The notes beneath the pieces are model-generated. The model was not told where the DNA came from. It was given only the letters and a program-made list of their open reading frames with translations, and did not search any database. From the IMG/VR virus record IMGVR_UViG_3300045961_000282, positions 142,258-206,257 of that record: a DNA stretch of 64,000 nucleotides; one strand, given 5' to 3'. Of the stretch, positions 1-9,247 are shown one piece after another. The stretch's first letter is position 1, and each line of letters starts with the position of its first letter. Made by a program: the position numbers and the translations under genes.

Positions 1-496
1 CGGTCTGGGTGGCAGGAGAAGGGTTCGACAAATAGGGGGTTGATCGACTGTAGAAGGTAAATGCAGTTCCGGGGTACAGGTATTTCTCTACCAATCTCAC
101 GTCGGCTGACTTCTGCTTGTAGTACACGACGATGTATGGGTAGTAGAACTTTCCGTACTGATCCTTGTACAGAATCGAATTTCTTCCTGCCAATGTCGCA
201 GTGATTCCGTTGTCTGAGGTTTTGAGCATCGGGACGGTGCTGTAGCCACCAGTGGAGGCGTTGTACGCGTAGGCGAGCGCTGATGTGATAACTCCACAGG
301 TCGTTGTCACCGACGCGGTGCTGCTCATGGTGGGAGCACTTGTGCCCGCCCCAGCCACGGACCCGCTGGCTGCAGTCACGGTGAGCGTGGGGCTCTGGGT
401 GGCATCACAGTCCGCCGCCGACGCAGGGGGAACCACCACCACCCCCACCATCACCAGAGCAGCGGACAGGGCAAGGGCAAGGCGGCGGCGGATCAT
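1..496 (-). CDS. Secreted protein with Sec-type signal peptide (runs off the left edge)
   Basis: Hand-translated, absent from the ORF track: MIRRRLALALSAALVMVGVVVVPPASA-ADC..., open to position 1. Confidence 0.7.
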   Translation of the reverse strand, partial: MIRRRLALALSAALVMVGVVVVPPASAADCDATQSPTLTVTAASGSVAGAGTSAPTMSSTASVTTTCGVITSALAYAYNASTGGYSTVPMLKTSDNGITATLAGRNSILYKDQYGKFYYPYIVVYYKQKSADVRLVEKYLYPGTAFTFYSRSTPYLSNPSPATQT

Positions 497-552
497 GGAA
501 CTCACGGTAGCCCACGAAGGGCCGTGAACCATACGGTACCGACGAACTTTCT

Positions 553-981
553 TCAGCAGCCGCCCACGGCTCCATCACCCAAGTACCCACTGCTGTACTG
601 CTGGATGTCCGCGACGTCCACGCGCGTCCAGCCGATGGCCGTCACATCCGGTGGCTCTCCGACGATGGGGTAGATCACGAACTCTGTCCCGTCGGGGAAG
701 ACCTCCTGCGTCCCTGCGGCGCGCGACCCGTCGATGGTCAACCACTGCTGAACCGACTCGGAGAAGATCGTCCCAGTCAGACCATCGACGTTCTTCCCGC
801 GAACGGCCCAGACCATGAAGTCAAACGAATGTTCGACAAACTCTCCGGGATGCTCCACGAGGTTGCTGATCATGTAGATGCACCGCAGATCCTCAACCAC
901 TGGTTCCGATGTCGGCTGCGGTGCTACGGGAACCACGGAGCAGCCGGTCAGCAGCAGCACGGCCACCCATGTCTCACGCAT
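553..981 (-). CDS. Putative lipoprotein
   Basis: MRETWVAVLLLTGC lipobox; start overlaps the end of the upstream gene. Confidence 0.65.
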   Translation of the reverse strand: MRETWVAVLLLTGCSVVPVAPQPTSEPVVEDLRCIYMISNLVEHPGEFVEHSFDFMVWAVRGKNVDGLTGTIFSESVQQWLTIDGSRAAGTQEVFPDGTEFVIYPIVGEPPDVTAIGWTRVDVADIQQYSSGYLGDGAVGGC

Positions 982-1342
982 CGCTGTCCATCCTCGGCAG
1001 GACGTAGAACTCCGTGCGCCGCAGCACCTCTTGGGCACGCAGCACCTCGATGGAGATCCGCTGAGCGGTCTCCCGCTTCTCCCACATGAACAATTGCTTT
1101 CGCGCGACCCGGCACAGATCCATTGCCTTCGCCAGCGATTTCAGTGCTACAGCACGTACCTCATCCTCGACGTAGGTCGGACCAGCAATGAACGCCCCGC
1201 GGGAGATGGTGTCGCTGACTTCGGCCAGCATCATCTCCGCCGCCCACACCTGCGCGTCGGAGTCGGCCGTAGTCAGTTCACCGAAACTCAGCAGCCCAGT
1301 AGCCGTGTCCAACTGCGCCACCAGCGCTGCGCTGTCGTTCAC
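974..1342 (-). CDS. Hypothetical protein
   Basis: GTGA coupling with the 1339 gene; operon context. Confidence 0.65.
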   Translation of the reverse strand: MNDSAALVAQLDTATGLLSFGELTTADSDAQVWAAEMMLAEVSDTISRGAFIAGPTYVEDEVRAVALKSLAKAMDLCRVARKQLFMWEKRETAQRISIEVLRAQEVLRRTEFYVLPRMDSDA

Positions 1343-1836
1343 GCTCCACTCCTGAATGCCCGATGCGCTCCGCCGATCCCTGCACCCTTCCACGCCTGCA
1401 CCACTGCAGCGACGGATTCGGAGTCCACCGTCAGTTGCTGGCCAGAGGAGGAGCGATCAAGGGCAGGCATCGGATGGAACTCCACCGAGGAGCAGCGCTC
1501 CAGAGCCATCTCAGTCCACGACGACAGCATCCGAATTCGACTGAACAACATCTCCCCGTTCCGCGGGTAGGTCGCCGCCGCCCGCGGAAGTTGCTCGATC
1601 TGCTCGATGATGGAGGCCAGCAGTTTGTCCATGTGCACCTCCGTCTCCCGCGGTGCTACGTGGTGTTCGGCCTGCCAGATCTGCTGCGCCTTGGAGGAGT
1701 CCACAGCCAGATGCACGGCGTGACGGGAGACCGCAGCGGCGATGATTTCCTCAGCGGCCTGTGGATCATGGATGGTCGCCGACACCACTGCCAGCCGATC
1801 GCGCATGTCGTTCATCGCTCGATAGAAGGCGCTCAC
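1339..1836 (-). CDS. Hypothetical helical protein
   Basis: GTGA-coupled within a minus-strand operon. Confidence 0.7.
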   Translation of the reverse strand: MSAFYRAMNDMRDRLAVVSATIHDPQAAEEIIAAAVSRHAVHLAVDSSKAQQIWQAEHHVAPRETEVHMDKLLASIIEQIEQLPRAAATYPRNGEMLFSRIRMLSSWTEMALERCSSVEFHPMPALDRSSSGQQLTVDSESVAAVVQAWKGAGIGGAHRAFRSGA

Positions 1837-2429
1837 AGGGCCACCTTGTAGACGTGCCGGGTCCCGTCCGGCTCGGTCAGGATGTAGGTGATCGTCCCCG
1901 TTGCGGAAGAGGTCTGCACGTCACACGTGGTCCCGCGCGGCAACTCCCTGCCGTCGAGGTGGTAGATCGGAACCGACGGCGGCAGGACCACAGCAGCCAT
2001 GCCGTCGACGTCGATGACCCGTTCCTCCTCGTCGGAGAACGACACCATCAGCGACGGCGCAGCAGGCATCGGACGAGGCGCGGACTTCGGCGCCTGAGGC
2101 AGGGGGTAGGAATCCACATTCCTCAACAGGGCTTCAAGGGTGGCGATCTGCGCGACGATCGACCACAGCGACCGCCGGGCCACATCTGCGGGGACCACCG
2201 GCAGTTCGCGTGCGCAGGACAGGATCGAGTGCACCGCTGCATCGATGGAGTCGACCACCTCAGGATCGCCGACCATCACCACCCGAGCGCTGACGACCGG
2301 CGAGAGTCGGGCAACCAACGCATCCACCTCGTGGGTGATCGACTCTCCAGAGATGATCCCCTGCACCATTCGTTGCGCATCCAGCGTTGCGCGATGCAGC
2401 ACTGGTTGCCAGTCGATGGCAGCGGTCAT
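1833..2429 (-). CDS. Hypothetical protein, probably leaderless
   Basis: TAGGCT -10 box 6 nt before ATG; first gene of the operon. Confidence 0.65.
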   Translation of the reverse strand: MTAAIDWQPVLHRATLDAQRMVQGIISGESITHEVDALVARLSPVVSARVVMVGDPEVVDSIDAAVHSILSCARELPVVPADVARRSLWSIVAQIATLEALLRNVDSYPLPQAPKSAPRPMPAAPSLMVSFSDEEERVIDVDGMAAVVLPPSVPIYHLDGRELPRGTTCDVQTSSATGTITYILTEPDGTRHVYKVAL

Positions 2430-3093
2430 CGCCAAAGCCTATCAACCTATCCACCCATGCCCCCTCCGGTGCTACGCAGCGTATCGGTGCGGGCACCCCC
2501 GCTAGGGGGTGGGTGGACCCGAGGGTTCGACAGCGACGAGGCGGCACCGCGGGTCCCGCGGGTTCCGCGGGTTCGACAGGCGGGGCGGGACTCTTCCCGG
2601 GGGCGGATACGTGGCAAAGGCGAAATCGCAGATTTCGGCTGATGGTGGAGCCGTTCCGCAGGAACGGATACGTTACGTAGCAGGACTTGAATTTTTTGAT
2701 AGGTGGGGAGGGGGGACCCCCTAGGTATCCCACCGCCCCCCCAAACGTTTCCTGAAAGTGCCGGGGGGGTTCGGTCCAACGGTGCGTTTCGGTCCAACGG
2801 TGGCAACGGTGCAACGGCCCCCACCGACCCCGGTCGCGCGCACGGGAGGCGGGGGGATCGTTTCGGTTCGAGGGTTTCGGACGGTTCCGGTCCCCATCGG
2901 CCCAACGGGACAACCGGACGTCAATCGTGTTCGTCGAATCACGTCGGGGCCAATGGATGCATGGCCCCCAAGCCAAGGGGCAGGCAAGGGGGGCCTCAGG
3001 GGGGCGAGGGAGCCTAGGGGCAGGCACAGGGGCTGGGCAGGACAAGCAAAAGGCCCCTAGGACCTGTGGGGTCCTAGGGGCCTCTGCTGGGGG

Positions 3094-3249
3094 CTACCAG
3101 TCACTCTGGGGGGCGTTGGGGCTGCCCAGAACCCAGAACGTGGCTTCGCGATCACTCATGCCTGCCCTGCGCGCCCTGCGAATCGCGAACAAGTCGCGCC
3201 AGCGCACGTGGGGCCAGACCTCGCCAGTCGCGCTGTTGATGATCTCCAT
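3094..3249 (-). CDS. 51-aa protein (MEIINSATGEVWPH...)
   Basis: Hand-translated; preceded by TATAGT, a hairpin leader and AAAGGAG RBS; followed by a hairpin. Confidence 0.65.
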   Translation of the reverse strand: MEIINSATGEVWPHVRWRDLFAIRRARRAGMSDREATFWVLGSPNAPQSDW

Positions 3250-3472
3250 GGGGGCTATCTCCTTTGCGTGGGGGGTCAGGGGACTCTCCCCTGCTCACCT
3301 AGATAACTATACATGATTGGACTAGCAAAGGCTACCTTGGCAGGGGGCTGGGAGCCTGCGCCCCCACAGGAGTGGTGCTCACCTGAGGCAGGTTTGACAC
3401 GTAACAATATCTAGTGCTAAGGTTGTACCAACAGCCCGGGGAAAGGCCCCGGGGACCTGAAAGGAAACACTC

Positions 3473-3799
3473 ATGGACTTCCTCGTCACCATCCTCGCGA
3501 TCGTCGTTCTGTTCAAGGTTCTGGCGTGGATGTTCGACAAGGTGCTTGGCCCCTTCCTGCTGGCCATTCCGATTGGCATCGTGATCTACCCGTTCGTGCT
3601 GCTCTGGCAGTTCAGCCCCGTGCTGTTCGTGATCCTCGTTGTGGTCGTGCCCGCGCTGGTCGCCAAGCCCGCGTGGAACGCCTACAAGGAGAACCGCGAG
3701 ATCAAGGCGCAGGCCAAGGCCATCGCATGGCGGCGCATGATGGAGAAGCATCAGGAGACCGTCCGCGAACTGGAGAGCAAGGGCATCCAGTTCAAGTGA
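3473..3799 (+). CDS. Small membrane protein
   Basis: Long hydrophobic N-terminus; own TTGACA/TAAGGT promoter and GAAAGGA RBS. Confidence 0.8.
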   Translation: MDFLVTILAIVVLFKVLAWMFDKVLGPFLLAIPIGIVIYPFVLLWQFSPVLFVILVVVVPALVAKPAWNAYKENREIKAQAKAIAWRRMMEKHQETVRELESKGIQFK

Positions 3800-3877
3800 T
3801 GCACCAACAGAACCCCCACCGTCCACGGTCGACGGTGGGGGTTCTGCCGTCTCCACCGCGCTTGCTATGGTTCCCCC

Positions 3878-4378
3878 ATGAGCGACCTTCCCGTGACCCC
3901 GTACCCCGACCCGACCGGCATCAACACGGCGGGGTGGTCGGGAAGCGAGACCTCGCATGAGGCGGCATTGCATGCCGTGGTTTCCGGCGATGACCGTCGG
4001 GTGCAGGCCCGGGCCCTTCGCATGCTGGCCGCGGCCGGGCCCGATGGGCTGACCTCGAAGGAGTTCGGCATCGCCACGGGCATCCATCACGGTCGCTCGT
4101 CCGGCGCGATGAGCGTGCTGCATCAGGCCGGACTGGTCGCCCGGCTCAGGGATCGCCGTGGCCGCTATGAGATCTACGTGCTGCCCGATGAGGTGCGAGG
4201 CCGCAAGGTGTCGACCCGGCGGCACAACAAACCCAAGAGCGCCGCGGACTACAAGCGGGGATGGGATGAAGGTCGCGCCGAACTGCTGTCGATCCTCGCC
4301 GGGATGTCTCAGGAGGAGCGGGACTTCATCATCGAGCGGGCCGCGGCGCTGCATGACTCCCAGCCGCCGCTGTTCTGA
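3878..4378 (+). CDS. Winged-helix-like DNA-binding protein
   Basis: GLTSKEFGIATGIHHGRSSGAMSVLHQAG HTH-like motif; leaderless TATGGT promoter; paralogue of 4620. Confidence 0.7.
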   Translation: MSDLPVTPYPDPTGINTAGWSGSETSHEAALHAVVSGDDRRVQARALRMLAAAGPDGLTSKEFGIATGIHHGRSSGAMSVLHQAGLVARLRDRRGRYEIYVLPDEVRGRKVSTRRHNKPKSAADYKRGWDEGRAELLSILAGMSQEERDFIIERAAALHDSQPPLF

Positions 4379-4459
4379 GCGTTTTGATTCTGCGCACCGC
4401 TAGTGCTATGCTTGATCCATGAGCGAGGGAGAGTCCCCCGCCTAGCGAAAGGGAACCCG

Positions 4460-4549
4460 ATGAACCCGTACACGATGGACCGAAGCCTGATCCGCTGGCT
4501 GGAAGGCCGCGAGGAGCCCGCCGAAGTGGAGCAGGACTGGGAGGACTGA
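4460..4549 (+). CDS. 29-aa acidic peptide (MNPYTMDRSLIRWLEG...)
   Basis: Own promoter, hairpin leader, RBS and terminator. Confidence 0.6.
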   Translation: MNPYTMDRSLIRWLEGREEPAEVEQDWED

Positions 4550-4558
4550 TTCCCCCGG

Positions 4559-4591
4559 AAAGCCCCGGTTCCCGAAAGGGACCGGGGCTTT
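4559..4591 (+). terminator. Intrinsic terminator
   Basis: AAAGCCCCGGT...ACCGGGGCTTT hairpin. Confidence 0.7.
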
Positions 4592-4619
4592 CGTATGCCC
4601 ACCGCCGTATGATTGCCTG

Positions 4620-5537
4620 ATGACCAACGACACCCCCCGCAAGGCGCCCAAGATTGCCGCGGCGCGCGAGATTCTCTGGAACGCGGGATACAGCGGCCTG
4701 ACGTGGCGCGACTACGCCGATGCGACCGGCGCCCACCATGGTGCGGCCTCCGGGATGCTGTCCCGGCTGCATCGCGATGGCGATGCCCTGCGGCTGGCCG
4801 AGAAGCGGGGCGCGGATTCGGTCTACGTCGCGCCGGAGTTCCGAATCAACCGGGATATTGTTCCGCCGAAGAAGCGCGCCGCGGAGCCGATCGCTCCCCT
4901 CCCCGTGGCTTCCGAGACTCCCCCGGCCATCGACATGGACGCCGTGTGGCGCGATGCCTACGCCGAGGGCGTGGCCGCCGGTCGCGCGCACGAGCGGACG
5001 ATGGCCGAGAACGCCCGGGCTGAGCACGATGAGGCGATCCGGCTGGCCGGGTTCGCCGAGGGCGTGGCGCAGGGGGTGGCCGACCTCGAGGCCGCCCGAA
5101 GCGCGGCGTTCGCCGACGGGGTGGCCAAGGGCCGAGCCGACGCCCCGCCAACCGAGGATGCCGAGGCGGCCCGCCGGGAAGGCTTCGAGGCCGGTCGCGC
5201 GCAGGCCGAGGCCGAGTGGCAGGCCGGGTATGACGAGGGCGTCAAGGTCGGCGGCGACATCGCAATCGCGGAGATGAAGCAGCGGATGGTCGACGCCGGG
5301 GGCGAGCCGTACCTCAAGGGCCGCGCCGTGGGGCGCAAGGAGGGCGAGGAGGCGCTTCGGCGCCATGCGACCAAGGTGGCTGCCGAGATCGCCCGGGCCA
5401 TCCGGGCCAACGGGTCTCCGGTCAAGACGCACCACAGCACGTGCTGGATGCAGCACCCGGAGTGCGCCGTGAAGGCCGTGGTGCAGGGCATCGGGGTGAC
5501 GCCGGATCGGTTCCGCTCCGAGGTCAATGTCGCCTGA
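4620..5537 (+). CDS. Winged-helix-like protein with GxxxG/AxxxG repeat stalk
   Basis: GLTWRDYADATGAHHGAASGMLSRLH matches the 3878 gene; FliH-like EGxxxG repeats; C-terminal HxxC..HxxC. Confidence 0.75.
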   Translation: MTNDTPRKAPKIAAAREILWNAGYSGLTWRDYADATGAHHGAASGMLSRLHRDGDALRLAEKRGADSVYVAPEFRINRDIVPPKKRAAEPIAPLPVASETPPAIDMDAVWRDAYAEGVAAGRAHERTMAENARAEHDEAIRLAGFAEGVAQGVADLEAARSAAFADGVAKGRADAPPTEDAEAARREGFEAGRAQAEAEWQAGYDEGVKVGGDIAIAEMKQRMVDAGGEPYLKGRAVGRKEGEEALRRHATKVAAEIARAIRANGSPVKTHHSTCWMQHPECAVKAVVQGIGVTPDRFRSEVNVA

Positions 5538-5597
5538 CTTGACGCCGTTCCAGGAGTCGTGCTAAGGTTGTACCAACACCACGACGAAGGGAACATC

Positions 5598-5726
5598 ATG
5601 AAGACCTGCTACAACTGCGACGAGGCCCTCACCGGCCCGGTCAAGACGATCGGCGACTACGTGTGGGACGAGGTGGACGGCGAGGTGCACGAGGAGTTCC
5701 TCGTGCACGTCACCTGCCCCGCCTAG
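5598..5726 (+). CDS. 42-aa Zn-finger-like peptide (MKTCYNC...HVTC)
   Basis: Hand-translated; TTGACG/TAAGGT promoter, RBS, terminator. Confidence 0.65.
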   Translation: MKTCYNCDEALTGPVKTIGDYVWDEVDGEVHEEFLVHVTCPA

Positions 5727-5732
5727 CGGGCA

Positions 5733-5776
5733 CGCAAAAGGCCCCGGAACCCGAAAGGGAACCGGGGCCTTTTGCG
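5733..5776. terminator. Bidirectional intrinsic terminator
   Basis: CGCAAAAGGCCCCGG...CCGGGGCCTTTTGCG between convergent genes. Confidence 0.75.
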
Positions 5777-5781
5777 TTGCC

Positions 5782-6132
5782 TCAGGCCTCGACGTGCTCC
5801 GGGGCCGGGGGGTTGTTCACGATGTAGGCATCCATGACGTGCTTCGGGATGCGGCCCCGATCCGGGACCGGCAGGCCGTTGGCCCGTGCCCACTGCCGGA
5901 CCTCGCTGCCACCCTTCGAGCGGCGCTTGCCCGTGCGTGCGCGACCGGCGATCGGGGTGCTGGTGGTCGGGCGGCCCGCGGCGATGAACGGGGCCAGCGC
6001 GTTGGCCAGCATCTCGCGGTTCGCCGCGCCGAGGTCGATCTCGTAAGACTTCCCGTCAAGGGCGAACGTCACGAGACGAACGCCGTCCTCGCTTCCATCG
6101 AGGTCGTCGATCTTCACCTGTCGCATTGCCAT
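5782..6132 (-). CDS. lsr2: Lsr2-like nucleoid-associated protein
   Basis: IDDLDGS, VTFALDGKSYEIDL, VRQWARANG..VPDRGRIP (RGR AT-hook). Confidence 0.95.
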   Translation of the reverse strand: MAMRQVKIDDLDGSEDGVRLVTFALDGKSYEIDLGAANREMLANALAPFIAAGRPTTSTPIAGRARTGKRRSKGGSEVRQWARANGLPVPDRGRIPKHVMDAYIVNNPPAPEHVEA

Positions 6133-6207
6133 CGTCATTCTCCTGTCGCTTTTTGGTGGGTGGTGGAGAAACAATATCGGACCCCACTGACATCGCGCGA
6201 GATGACA

Positions 6208-6303
6208 TCACCACTTCAGCAGGATTCCGAGGAACAGGAACACCCCCCATCCGAGCAGGAACACGGTCAGCAGGGCCATGTCGTCCTCGTGGTCGCGCTT
6301 CAT
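6208..6303 (-). CDS. 31-aa membrane peptide
   Basis: Hand-translated MKRDHEDDMALLTVFLLGWGVFLFLGILLKW; TAGGGT just upstream. Confidence 0.5.
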   Translation of the reverse strand: MKRDHEDDMALLTVFLLGWGVFLFLGILLKW

Positions 6304-6627
6304 GGACCGGAACCCTACACGCGCTGCTATGCTGGTGCCTTAATTTGATTGGTTGGGCGAACCGGGACAGGCTTGGCTCCGCGTGTAGGAAGCCGGAGCG
6401 CTTTGCAAGGTCAGAGCATTTGACGTTTGACCTAGATTCCCGCCGCTCCCCGGGGAGCCAAGGCCCCGGCGCCTCATTCGAACGAGGTTGCCGGGGCCGC
6501 CTCATGCGCGCGACCGGCCCCGGTGGGGCAAACAAGCATTGGACACCGATCCCGAACCCTCCCTAGAGTGAGTGCTGCCCGCGCTGGAACGCGGGCAGCA
6601 CGAGCCCACCTAGGCAGAGGTGAACTG

Positions 6628-7329
6628 ATGACCAGTATGACCTGTTCGATCGACGGGTGCGACAAGCAAGCGCAGAAGCGCGGGTGGTGTATGGCGCACT
6701 ACTCTCGATGGCACCGTCACGGGGACCCGCTCAAAGGCGGTCCCTCTAGGCAGTCGAGCGATGCTGTGACCTGTTCGGTCGATGGATGCGAGAAGAAGGT
6801 CCAGAGGCGCGGGTGGTGCGCGGCGCACTACACGCGATGGCGTCGCCATGGTGACCCGCTCAAAGGTGGCCCGACGATGCGTCCCAAGGACGTGCTCATC
6901 GAGGAGTGGTTTTGGACGCAGACCAAACCAAACGGCGACTGCCTTGACTGGACGCTGGAGACGAACAATCAAGGCTACGGACACTTCACATGGGACGGCG
7001 AAAACTGGCGCACCCATGTGTTCTCATGGCTCGTCACCAACGGATCTACCAACGGCCTACAGGTTCTCCATCGCTGTGACCGACCGATGTGCGTGAACCC
7101 CGATCACCTGTGGCTTGGCACCATCTCCGACAACATGCGGGACAAGGTGGAAAAGGGGCTTCAAGCACGAGGTTTCGCCCTGCCTCACACCAAACTATCC
7201 GATGATGATGTGCGCGAACTTCGCCTGCTGTGGGCGACCGGAACGCTGTCGCAACAAGAAATAGCCTCCCAGTTCAGGATAACCGCGCCCTACGTATCTT
7301 TGATCGTGAACATGAAGCGGCGCCGGTAA
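6628..7329 (+). CDS. HNH homing endonuclease with duplicated Cys-rich N-terminal repeat
   Basis: VLHRCDRPMCVNPDHL..GT..DN; two copies of C..DGC.K...RGWC..HY.RW.RHGDPLKGGP. Confidence 0.9.
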   Translation: MTSMTCSIDGCDKQAQKRGWCMAHYSRWHRHGDPLKGGPSRQSSDAVTCSVDGCEKKVQRRGWCAAHYTRWRRHGDPLKGGPTMRPKDVLIEEWFWTQTKPNGDCLDWTLETNNQGYGHFTWDGENWRTHVFSWLVTNGSTNGLQVLHRCDRPMCVNPDHLWLGTISDNMRDKVEKGLQARGFALPHTKLSDDDVRELRLLWATGTLSQQEIASQFRITAPYVSLIVNMKRRR

Positions 7330-7330
7330 G

Positions 7331-9175
7331 TTACCGCCTGCCCTTGTACGGAGAACGTTTTCCGAGGTTCGCTGCCCCTAGTGGCGGCAACCGATAGGCA
7401 GACATTGAGCGGGCACGCAGATTAGAATTGACGGCAAATGAAGCGCCCTTGACCTTGGTGGTGAGGGCCAGCGACGCCCAGACCATCGCGTCGAGACGTC
7501 CCGGAGATACCTTGGATTCCGCGGGGACCCATGAGGTGATCTCGGATTCCAACAGCGGGTGGTAGTTCAGCATATGCAGGCGGCCCTGCTCAGCAAGGGC
7601 CGCCACCGGCTCGGCGCGGGTTGCCTTGCCTGCTCGGGCGTGCACGATGTAGACCGGCACGTTGGCATTCACCTGTCCGATGGCCATGCGGACCAGTTCG
7701 CCGCCCTGATTCCCCTCGGCCACCACTGGGCCGCCCCACTTGATCGCCATGTCCACGACCCGCTTGGCCCAGACCGCCGGGCTGCCCAGCACGGTCGCAT
7801 CCTCCACGACGTAGAGTTGGCGGCGGTAGAAGTCCCGCTCGGCGGTTCCCTTCACCACCACGATGCCCGCCTCGTCCTTGGGGCGCTCAGCAACACTGGG
7901 ATCGACCCCGATCACCGTGTGCATCTTGATCCCGCCCGGCAGTTCGGTCACCCGTGCCGCATCGAGGTCGGACTGCATGAACAGCGCGCCCTCGATGTCG
8001 TGCAGCATCTCGCCCATCAGTTCCTGCTGGCCGATCCGGGTCCCTTCGTACAGGCCGAGGATCGTGGCGCGGAAGGACTGCGCAAGGTTGGCGAGGTTGT
8101 CATATGTCGTTCCACGGGTGATGACGATGCCGAACTCAGGATTCTCGGATTCCTCCAGCAGTTGGAACATCGAGGGAACGCGTCGCGGCGTGGTCGTGGC
8201 AACCATACGCGGCATGTCGCCATCAACCGGAAGTCGTAGACCCAGCCGCAAGTTGGCGAACGCCGTCAGACCATCGGCGCCGGAGACCTGCGGGTAGGAA
8301 GCAAACTCGTCGCAGTTGTGAATCAAGACTCCGGCGGCATAGAACTCCGGCGCTCCGTTGATCGTGAGGTCATAGACATTGGCTCGACCCGCCGGGCGCA
8401 CGGAAGCAACAGGAAACAGGGTGGTGCTCGAGTCTGTGCTGAGGCGGACGTGAACCATATCCCCGGCCTCGAGGTCGGCGGCCTGAACCCACGTGTCCCG
8501 CCTCGATTCGCTCGCCACCAACACGAGGTGATCGGGGGTGCAGCGCAATGTCGTCGGCCCGGCCTCGATCTCCACCACCTCGCGGTCGGTTCCCGTGCGC
8601 TGTGCGCGCGCGACCGGCCAGAAGCCGGAACGGGTGAGCACTTTCATCCCCGGCTGGATCTGTTCGATGGGCAGCGGCCCCAGCGAGGTGAGTACCGGCT
8701 CCCCTTCGGCTACGCACCACGCGGTGTCGAACTGGGGACCACGCAACTGGTCCGGCTCGTCGGCGGAGAAGGCCAATGCATACGCGCCGTTCGGCCACGA
8801 CACCCGGCGCTTGGATGGCTCCCAGACGGGTACCTCGCCGGGTCGGGAGGACTCGATGATCCCCGACGGGCCGTTGACCATGACATCGCGGACGTCAGCA
8901 GCGGTGCGGCCCAGCAGCGCGATTCGCCTGCCGTGGCCATCGCGGACCCGTTCATTGATCCACTCAGCGGCGGTTCTCGTTTTCCCCCAACCCCGCCCTG
9001 CCATCGCCAGCCAAAGCACCCAGTCTCCGGACGGAGGGGTCTGGGAGGGCCTCCTCCAGAAGGCCCAATCGTGTATCAGCGACTCGGCATCAACCCCTTC
9101 AAGGGTCGCCTCGCGCTCCTCAGGGGGAAGCAGGGCGATGCGTTGGGCCATCGAGAGTTCGTGGCCGTAGGTCAT
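7331..9175 (-). CDS. Terminase large subunit containing a mini-intein
   Basis: Walker A AGRGWGKT, LRGPQF..AW[intein]CDE Walker B, ATTTP, nuclease GVDPS and C-terminal SPGRLDA. Confidence 0.93.
   Translation of the reverse strand: MTYGHELSMAQRIALLPPEEREATLEGVDAESLIHDWAFWRRPSQTPPSGDWVLWLAMAGRGWGKTRTAAEWINERVRDGHGRRIALLGRTAADVRDVMVNGPSGIIESSRPGEVPVWEPSKRRVSWPNGAYALAFSADEPDQLRGPQFDTAWCVAEGEPVLTSLGPLPIEQIQPGMKVLTRSGFWPVARAQRTGTDREVVEIEAGPTTLRCTPDHLVLVASESRRDTWVQAADLEAGDMVHVRLSTDSSTTLFPVASVRPAGRANVYDLTINGAPEFYAAGVLIHNCDEFASYPQVSGADGLTAFANLRLGLRLPVDGDMPRMVATTTPRRVPSMFQLLEESENPEFGIVITRGTTYDNLANLAQSFRATILGLYEGTRIGQQELMGEMLHDIEGALFMQSDLDAARVTELPGGIKMHTVIGVDPSVAERPKDEAGIVVVKGTAERDFYRRQLYVVEDATVLGSPAVWAKRVVDMAIKWGGPVVAEGNQGGELVRMAIGQVNANVPVYIVHARAGKATRAEPVAALAEQGRLHMLNYHPLLESEITSWVPAESKVSPGRLDAMVWASLALTTKVKGASFAVNSNLRARSMSAYRLPPLGAANLGKRSPYKGRR
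8315..8716 (-). mobile_element. 134-aa mini-intein (Hint domain only) in the terminase Walker B motif
   Basis: Starts CVAEG, block B TPDH, block F VYDLTI, ends IHN followed by Cys+1; removal restores AW-CDE. Confidence 0.93.
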
Positions 9176-9247
9176 GGGGCGAACCATATCCCGCCGTCTC
9201 GGGTGTCAACCGCGGTTCATGCTCGATTCACGCGCGATGAATCCCGC

